IMG/VR virus record: IMGVR_UViG_3300027708_000054
DNA length: 64,000 nucleotides
Direction: 5' to 3' (one strand)
DNA from: an uncultured virus (IMG/VR IMGVR_UViG_3300027708_000054)
Taxonomy: Duplodnaviria > Heunggongvirae > Uroviricota > Caudoviricetes
The stretch's first letter is position 1. Each line of letters starts with the position of its first letter. Shown piece after piece: positions 58,701-64,000 of the stretch. The notes under the pieces were generated by a model. It ran no database searches. It saw only the letters and a list, made by a program, of their open reading frames with translations, and had not been told where the DNA came from. A program made the translations under genes and the position numbers.

Positions 58701-61700
58701 AACTTACTCCTATTGAACAAAACTTTGCAGATGGTCAAGGTGGACGTAAAATGCAATCTAAGTTTGAAGGTAAATCTACTATGGATTTAATTCTTTCTGG
58801 AGATAGAACTAGAACTACTCGTGCTAATACTGATATACAAAGAATGTTAAAAGACTATGGTCTTACTAAAATTGAAGATTTAGTTGGTAAGGTTATTCGT
58901 ATGACAGATAAAAAAGGTAGAACTGTTTATACTGAAATTACAAAAGTTGCTCCTTTTACAAAAGAATACCAAGATGCTACTTGGCAAAAAGAAGGATGGG
59001 AAAAAGAAGTAACAGATAAATTAGTAGGACAATATCCTTATGCTATAGAATTTAAACTAGCTGCTTTAGAAGGTAGTGTAGAAGAAGAAGTAGTTACTCC
59101 TGAAGAAGTTACAACTGAACTTCCTACAGATTTTATTGATTTAGATGATTTAGATGATGATGATGTAGATACAAGTGCAATGAGAGTTGCTCAGCTTATT
59201 GATAAACTTAATCAATTTAAACCAGAGCAATGGAATAAAGTGGAAGAAGCAATGGCTAAAATGCTTCCTAACATTCCTTTCTATAGAACTAAAAATATAA
59301 TAAAAGGTACTAACGGTAGACAAGCATGGGGTATGCTTCATGATGCTGCTATATATGTATATGAAGGTGCAGAAGAAGGAACAGCTTACCATGAAGTGTT
59401 TGAAGCTGTGTGGAAAATGTTTGCTGGACCAGCTCAAAAACAAGCTATTATTAATGAGTTCAAAAGAAGAAAAGGAACATTTGTAGATAGAGAGTCTGGT
59501 AAAACTATTGAATATAAAAATGCTACAGCTTTTCAAATCAAAGAACAATTAGCTGAAGAGTTTAGAGAAGCAGTTCTTAAAGATAAACTAGGACTTCCAA
59601 AAGAATCAAAAACTTTAATAGGTAGATTGTTTTCTCAATTAATAGATTTCATCAAAGCTTTCTTTACAGGAGAAACTGCTCAACGTAATACCAAAGAATT
59701 ATTTAATAATATTGGTAATGGGTATTATGCACAATTTAATCCTTATCAATCACAATTATCATATGCTAAAAAAGGAATTATAGATATTGAAGATGCTCAA
59801 GCTACAGCTGATTCTGAAATGAGATCATTAACAATTCCTGAGATTGAAATGCATGATATAATTCAACACATGACATTCTTGACATTGACTAAACTATCTC
59901 TTAATAATGAGAGTGTATTCACTGTTAATGATTTAAATGAATCTGAATTGTATCCAGAATTAAAACTAGGTATATTAAAACTTCTTGCTAAACAAAACAA
60001 GTTAACAGCTAAATTAGTAGCAGAAGGAAAAACAACACAAGAGAAAGCTACAAGATTAATAAATAATAATAAATCTTTATCTATTAACATTCAAAATGAA
60101 TGGGCTCAAATCACTGCTAATCATAAAGCACATTTAAAAACATTTGATGTTCAATTTGATGAGAATGATGAAGACATATTAAACAGTGAAGAGAATACTG
60201 GTAGAGGAGAATTTGAAGCAGCTAACAAAATAGATTCATTTAGAAAAGCTAATGCTGCATTGAAACTTGTATTGAGTACTATTCCTATTACAGAAATGGT
60301 AGATGGAAGTATAAATTGGCAACCTTCTTCTATAGGAGGAGTTACACTTATCCCTGCAGAACAAATACACATTGATTTAAAAGCTAAGTTACATGGTTCT
60401 ATGGATATAGAAGATATGTTATTAGGACTTAAAACAATGGCAGAAAACAATCCTAACTACAATGCTTTATTTAGAAGACTAACAGGTAACTCAGCTGATG
60501 TAGGATTAGATATAAACACTATACAAGAACATGATTTTCAATTAGCTTCAGCATTATGGAAATCTATAAGTATGCAAAACCCTGATGTAATCACTGTATT
60601 CTTACAAGAGGATGGTGATGTAGTTGTTAGTAATTCTACGCTTAGTAGTGCAGCTAAATCAGCTAAAAAAGAAATGATTAATAACATTATATCTACATTA
60701 AAGAATGATCAATCTATCTATTTTAGATATGTTTCTTCTACAGGTAAATATTATGCTAAAGATAATTTAAAAGCATTATCATTTGATGGAAGTTTATTAA
60801 AACCATATACTGATTTTCTTAAACAACTTGGTATAGAATTTAATGAAAGAGATCTTGTAGATTTGAAACCAGACCAACTTGCAGCATTTAAAAAATCAGT
60901 AAGTGATATTAAAAATGAACTTTCTAAGGTGGGTGATAGTAAGATTGTTAAAGATGAAAACAATAATGATGTAGAAGAAGATGGTGGTATAAAATCTATT
61001 AGTACTAAAACATTAAACATTGATGGAGATTTACTTAGACTTGCTATTGTAAAAGCTGTTATTGATAATACAGAATTTCAATCTACATATTTCAATATTA
61101 ATGGAGAACGTACACAATCATTCATTGGAACTAATCTTATCAGTGCTTTACATAACACTCTATCTAAATTAAGAAATATAGAAGAGTTACAAAACGATCC
61201 TAGATATAAAAGGTTTGCTTACTTAGCTGCAGGTAATGATGTATTTGTACAAGGAAGTCAACTATTAAGAAAGATGTTTGATATAGTTGGACCAGATAGT
61301 ACAGGAAAACGTAGAGCTGGTACTGAAGATATTGGAAAACCTGTTATTGTAGATGGTATAGTAGATGAACAAACTGGTAAGAAAAAAGAAGCTTCTAAAG
61401 TTACATATAGACAAAGACTTATTCAAGAATTAAATCTTAATATATCTGGTATATTTATGAATCTTGTTCCTGGCGATGCTTCTCTTGAACATGCTATTAG
61501 AATGTTTAATCAAAAAGATCCATTTGTTTCAGAAAGTGATTTATCTAACAAGAACTATTTAGATATATTCAAAGATTATTTTGTGTCTGAAGTGGAACTT
61601 GTTAAAGAGAATAGAAATACAGCAAAAAATAATGGTAAAGATCTTCGTTTCTTCAAAGCTATTCTAGGAGAAGAGATGCATAAAAAGATTGCAAATAAAA

Positions 61701-64000
61701 TTAATGATGAAACTGATGCTGAGCAATTGTATAAAGATAATGCACAAGCTATAAACTCTGCAGTGGAAGCATTTATTAAACAAGATACAGCAGATACAGA
61801 AGAATTATTAAAAGCATATGATATTATCACTACAGAAGATAGTATAATTAATATAGATAAGGTGGCATTGTTTAATAAAGAAGAAACTATTACACAAGAA
61901 GGATTAAACTCAAAACTAAAAGCATTAACTATTAACTATATGATAGCTAATATAGAAATGCATAAAGTTTTATATTCAGATCCTTATCAATATAATGATG
62001 AGCTTAAACGTATTAAAAACTTTACATCTCCTGGACAACCATTAGTTCCTAGTTCACAAGCAATAGATGCTAGACTTAATGAGCTTTATAACAAAGGATT
62101 TAAACCTGGTGATATTGGTTATACAGATATGACACAAGATCATTTTAGATCTATAGCTTTACAAGATGTATTAAGTACAAATGAAAACTTAGGATATGAT
62201 GTTCCTTATGAAGAAACAGATGGTGGTGGATTAATTACACTTAAAGGATATAGAGTGTTTGCTTTAAGAGCTGGTACATGGACAGCTAATAATGAAAAAC
62301 AATATAGATTTGATATAGCATTTGAAGAATTAGTTAAATCAGGTGCTAATGAAACTACTATTAAAAAATTCCTAAAAGGTAATCCAGGAATCAAAGATAC
62401 ATACACACCTATTAAACCTATTGTTAGAGGAAGTAAAGATAATGGTAGAACTTACAATGATATTGTTCTTCACAAATTTGCACTTGCTCCATTATCATTT
62501 AGAATACTTTATGAGTTAAATCCTGATTCTAATGCAATCAAGTTATATAACAAGATGCAAAAAGAGAATATAGATTATGCTGTATTTGCTTCAGGAAGTA
62601 AAGTGGGAACAGAAAAGATATCTCCTTTATATAATGCAAAAGGTGAGTTTGATAATACACCATTTGAAGATGCTAGAGAAAAGAAAGGTAACTTACCTGA
62701 TAATGTTAAAAGAGCTGTAAGTAATATACCATTTACTATTGTAGCTGTACAATCAGAGGTCCCTTCTAAAGACACTCCAACTGTTACACAAGGATCTCAG
62801 ATTACTAAACTTGCTACAATGGATTATTTACAATCTGGTGTACCTATTGATTTTATGCCAGAGCTTCCTACATTTGAAGAAAGATTTTCTGAATGGTTAG
62901 GTCTTGATGATAAGTCAAGTTATAATGAAGGAAAGAATATTTATAATGAAATTGTAAACAATCAAAAACTATTAGAAGCTAGAATTGAAGATGGTATACA
63001 ATCTCTATATAAGAAACTTGGTATTGTAGAAACTACAAATGAAGAAGGAGATAAAAAATGGGTAATAGAAGATAGAGATAAGTTAGTTAAAACTCTTACT
63101 GAAGAAATTGGTAAAAGAGAAATCAATTATAATATTACAGATGCTTTTGCAGGATTTGTAAAAGGTGATGTTATATTAGAAGCTACTCCTGTATACCAAC
63201 AAGTTAGAAACATTCTTTATTCTATAGCTGATAAAACTATTGTACGTCCTAAAATATCTGGAGGTATGAAGGTGCAAGTATCTTCTGCATTATTAGAATC
63301 TGTAAGAGCAGTAGGAAAACCTGTATTAGATGATAAAGGTAAACAAGTATTTAATAAAGATGGTAGTCCTAAATTTACATATGAATCCACTGAACTAGAA
63401 TTCTATAAGAATGAAGATGGTAAGAGAGTATGTGAGATAATGATTGGTAGATGGTTTAAATCAAATAAAACAGATAAAGAGTTAATGGATTATTTTAATA
63501 ATGATCCAGAGGGTAAGAAAGAATTTGCAGCTCTTATGGGTGTAGCATTTCGTATTCCTACACAGAAACAAAACTCTATTGATGTATTCAAGATAAAACA
63601 ATTTCTTCCTAAAGACTTTGGAGATTCAGTAATTATTCCTTCAGCTCTTGTTAGAAAAGCAGGATCGGATTTTGATATTGATAAATTATCAATCTATTTG
63701 AAAAATGTATTTACAGATTCTCAAGGTAAAATAAGAGTGGTTCCATTTTTAGGAATTGGTCAAGAAGCTAAAGATAATTTCTACAAATTATTTGATGAAG
63801 GTAAGTTATTATCTAAATCACAAATAAAAGAATTAAATGATGAATTAGAATTATATAAGTCTGGTAAACTAGAAGGTAAACTTATAGAAGCTATTTTTGG
63901 TGATGCAGGTTTATTTACTGAAGAAGATGTATTAACAGACTTTATTGAAACATTAAAAGAAAATGGTATTAGAGAATCTGTTGTAGATAAATTTTACAAA
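52793..64000 (+). CDS. giant virion-packaged RNA polymerase (partial, >3736 aa, runs off window)
   Basis: ATG 52793 is in frame with FRIPTQ (~63548) and GSDFDIDK (DFDID at 63668-63682), the double-psi-barrel catalytic motif of crAss-like/phi14:2 gp66 RNAPs; no long + ORF is listed here, consistent with no stop before the window end. Confidence 0.9.
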   Translation, partial: MPDPTNPNLYGQPYTRGPLNPNIGSITTTPLTTGFPGLRTGKPLSQDDRINLQNSQLNPNEVRPGKTYLADVAGDLTGRYDTVIYGANNEDAWGAQQSVLSKAVNGILKGTNLAATTVVGGFATMGGAISSLFTGRLADIWDNPVMQGIDKWNEKVDQEYLPNYYTDQEKNADWYSSDNWFTANFLFDKAIKNSGFAVGAIISGNMASGALGAAGTAIGEGAATLEASQTFKAFSPLLKNTARAFSAGKNAEAAALLEGEISSIADITQRTSKMAEIAQQTNQFNKINDIGKRFGIAAYSQAGESAFEGLQTSNEFRKQLIDQYTRGNFGVAPNEEELKKIDQTTAKVGKASFLANMALLTATEYVQLPKLLGSTYASEKQAANSLAGMAGDVVLKDGKYVAKEAATTKFGKLYNKVKGVGKYVFDPKEMGQEIGQYAVQIGTQNYYNKAYQGKDANLLVDGVLFGLYGTDQSGKGIGALNSKEGIEGGIIGGLTGGIMQARGNYMMGKAVKTNTATFLNELNNAPTYKQAFQYKLDAVNRGVVLQEQQQDAIEQGDKLEAKDLNADMMHNYLAPRIKYGRMDMVMDDIKEMKKDSMTPEGMASLKQAGLANVNDTAESFGNRLSYFEQTAKNTEQIYKSTNLRYSGEILKDEEGEPILNDKGQQQRKYSDTAIEQMVYAASKVADYDVRIPQVSALPVSNGIDVQSVINEELTNPESTALADKLSELDANPQINTEEIKQDLTDSVELAMRRKEYLKDYNDIINNPSKYIQQREEFQTPEDTGETKEKISIKTKRGPRDIEIGTEYFLGKVVDLDEKGHEVYRAPRMVVLGKNEDGTIKVQDSDGVIHDLKESTLERYNLGKVDSTLKNKKAKFYMEHWNMVYEFNFGKDKGGKQKGRIEYDPETDQMLFKYKNKKGEIKEIEVTGDQFKLTEANKKKGFTQPMITEVGELTAVQQKAKDEYTAQEDPRLKSKLEARLAILNELFDDLSKSQDQSRKALEQKQKALENINKELEALKKQIEENAKVDNRFKKGIKFNTVTKKALENAMRLSRMQDQLENEIKTLESDLDDIDFNINYISNLVDNIDTTATNFYDFKNDLEDDLLNLEVLREQTAKQISIVSKLLSQAQKAFDFIINMLSDFIQKFESKYPDVPRLMGQDWVDFLKNNPNFLKLKPNYRSELDDLNDLIAFHEDGDITPSEKRIEDLKDHLDIMQEEFKNLSREIEAKSLVLDKFSAIAEQYKKQEAEAKQMERNVKLGQELLGTLTGSVQNFFGTKPYEQEAKKDKLAVVGGTKPFTEDTEERPLPGYAARVNHFGARVSSMDNADDLRGTIVTANTEDQILIGLTDNFLNEDSKPLSPARREEIRKEVIFLVVTENGQLVDKNGKLIPGKSTEETQEAYNKRLYNNAIFQVFPSASLTSKGKDGKVGSMFRDTVPQYERDSLKEQYKAWRDAQLANTKLDKKGQKFKTSFGNLEFVKVWDDAKKEFVNDTATRTSAQDAGLLDKGILNRDSVITVATTNDDKSEGNVSFKSPKGRVFLRIPGQGLVRLFNKKFSKTESETIFDAMLNLAKNASENGSLYGNDKEDVNKNILNWLKSVVYWGIAKDKEGKRKPAGYNNIWFDNVLVDGKPVKKLFMSGLQKDSQSYFDFTPQGLINSKQDILGLLEQMYANTDAKKVNIDNYNAPYDEILRFDNLGNPVTRTWPNYQTYLLSSNIVDKDGNITGKRTGKEIPLTTQVRPLTSAEDTNRKGVYFTLNSSVEYNVPAAPVAAPAMVVPAPVATAQAPVATPVVKQQQPTTPGKYDLNGTTENKIVIGGKPDGKGGITPIYNINFTFDISKISEFLKGLTDFTSLYENGGLTKEFLNVLKDNKVVTYIDVADNTNGISAFVSAVGENIAEAVSLNKIFEAVAPQVVAEMIPVQPAIADEAPQAPAPTAATFTPTTPYGTPTGPELTTASTSDIEAKKAEADKLTPIEQNFADGQGGRKMQSKFEGKSTMDLILSGDRTRTTRANTDIQRMLKDYGLTKIEDLVGKVIRMTDKKGRTVYTEITKVAPFTKEYQDATWQKEGWEKEVTDKLVGQYPYAIEFKLAALEGSVEEEVVTPEEVTTELPTDFIDLDDLDDDDVDTSAMRVAQLIDKLNQFKPEQWNKVEEAMAKMLPNIPFYRTKNIIKGTNGRQAWGMLHDAAIYVYEGAEEGTAYHEVFEAVWKMFAGPAQKQAIINEFKRRKGTFVDRESGKTIEYKNATAFQIKEQLAEEFREAVLKDKLGLPKESKTLIGRLFSQLIDFIKAFFTGETAQRNTKELFNNIGNGYYAQFNPYQSQLSYAKKGIIDIEDAQATADSEMRSLTIPEIEMHDIIQHMTFLTLTKLSLNNESVFTVNDLNESELYPELKLGILKLLAKQNKLTAKLVAEGKTTQEKATRLINNNKSLSINIQNEWAQITANHKAHLKTFDVQFDENDEDILNSEENTGRGEFEAANKIDSFRKANAALKLVLSTIPITEMVDGSINWQPSSIGGVTLIPAEQIHIDLKAKLHGSMDIEDMLLGLKTMAENNPNYNALFRRLTGNSADVGLDINTIQEHDFQLASALWKSISMQNPDVITVFLQEDGDVVVSNSTLSSAAKSAKKEMINNIISTLKNDQSIYFRYVSSTGKYYAKDNLKALSFDGSLLKPYTDFLKQLGIEFNERDLVDLKPDQLAAFKKSVSDIKNELSKVGDSKIVKDENNNDVEEDGGIKSISTKTLNIDGDLLRLAIVKAVIDNTEFQSTYFNINGERTQSFIGTNLISALHNTLSKLRNIEELQNDPRYKRFAYLAAGNDVFVQGSQLLRKMFDIVGPDSTGKRRAGTEDIGKPVIVDGIVDEQTGKKKEASKVTYRQRLIQELNLNISGIFMNLVPGDASLEHAIRMFNQKDPFVSESDLSNKNYLDIFKDYFVSEVELVKENRNTAKNNGKDLRFFKAILGEEMHKKIANKINDETDAEQLYKDNAQAINSAVEAFIKQDTADTEELLKAYDIITTEDSIINIDKVALFNKEETITQEGLNSKLKALTINYMIANIEMHKVLYSDPYQYNDELKRIKNFTSPGQPLVPSSQAIDARLNELYNKGFKPGDIGYTDMTQDHFRSIALQDVLSTNENLGYDVPYEETDGGGLITLKGYRVFALRAGTWTANNEKQYRFDIAFEELVKSGANETTIKKFLKGNPGIKDTYTPIKPIVRGSKDNGRTYNDIVLHKFALAPLSFRILYELNPDSNAIKLYNKMQKENIDYAVFASGSKVGTEKISPLYNAKGEFDNTPFEDAREKKGNLPDNVKRAVSNIPFTIVAVQSEVPSKDTPTVTQGSQITKLATMDYLQSGVPIDFMPELPTFEERFSEWLGLDDKSSYNEGKNIYNEIVNNQKLLEARIEDGIQSLYKKLGIVETTNEEGDKKWVIEDRDKLVKTLTEEIGKREINYNITDAFAGFVKGDVILEATPVYQQVRNILYSIADKTIVRPKISGGMKVQVSSALLESVRAVGKPVLDDKGKQVFNKDGSPKFTYESTELEFYKNEDGKRVCEIMIGRWFKSNKTDKELMDYFNNDPEGKKEFAALMGVAFRIPTQKQNSIDVFKIKQFLPKDFGDSVIIPSALVRKAGSDFDIDKLSIYLKNVFTDSQGKIRVVPFLGIGQEAKDNFYKLFDEGKLLSKSQIKELNDELELYKSGKLEGKLIEAIFGDAGLFTEEDVLTDFIETLKENGIRESVVDKFYK

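Noticed and set aside
52993..62775. Numerous short ORFs listed in the track (mostly minus strand)
   Set aside because: Shadows of the giant plus-strand RNAP frame, with composition typical of reverse-read codons
13151..64000. Stop-codon reassignment (TAG/TGA), known in some crAss-like phages
   Set aside because: Genes are full length and tightly packed in the standard code; no fragmentation of terL, portal, MCP or RNAP

Overview
This AT-rich window is 64 kb of a crAss-like (Crassvirales-type) podovirus genome. The host is probably Bacteroidota/Flavobacteriia, judged from TAnnTTTG promoter boxes and Flavobacterium-type small genes. It has two divergent arms that switch strand at about 12.9 kb. 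The minus arm (1-12.8 kb) carries a DnaB-like helicase, a replication protein, a family B DNA polymerase ending in a QLNLF clamp-binding motif, many small early genes, and a tmRNA (9090-9416) with a predicted 37-residue tag followed by a candidate structured RNA. The plus arm (13.1-64 kb) carries terminase, portal, major capsid protein, Cys-rich fibre/decoration proteins with Thr linkers, a metallophosphoesterase, ring and muzzle tail proteins, and large ejected 'cargo' proteins. It ends in a giant virion RNA polymerase ORF (52793 to beyond 64000, DFDID motif) that the ORF track misses because it runs off the window. Best leads: (1) the long-tag, compact tmRNA and the kissing-loop RNA next to it; (2) cargo proteins built from domains separated by a recurring [AFY]-[QKRE]-x-G-(G) motif, suggesting a processed polyprotein delivery system; (3) a D-armless tRNA-like element after the capsid gene; (4) shared modules among the fibre genes and an apparently split muzzle gene; (5) a repeated palindromic operator. 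All assignments come from reading motifs by eye; no searches were run.
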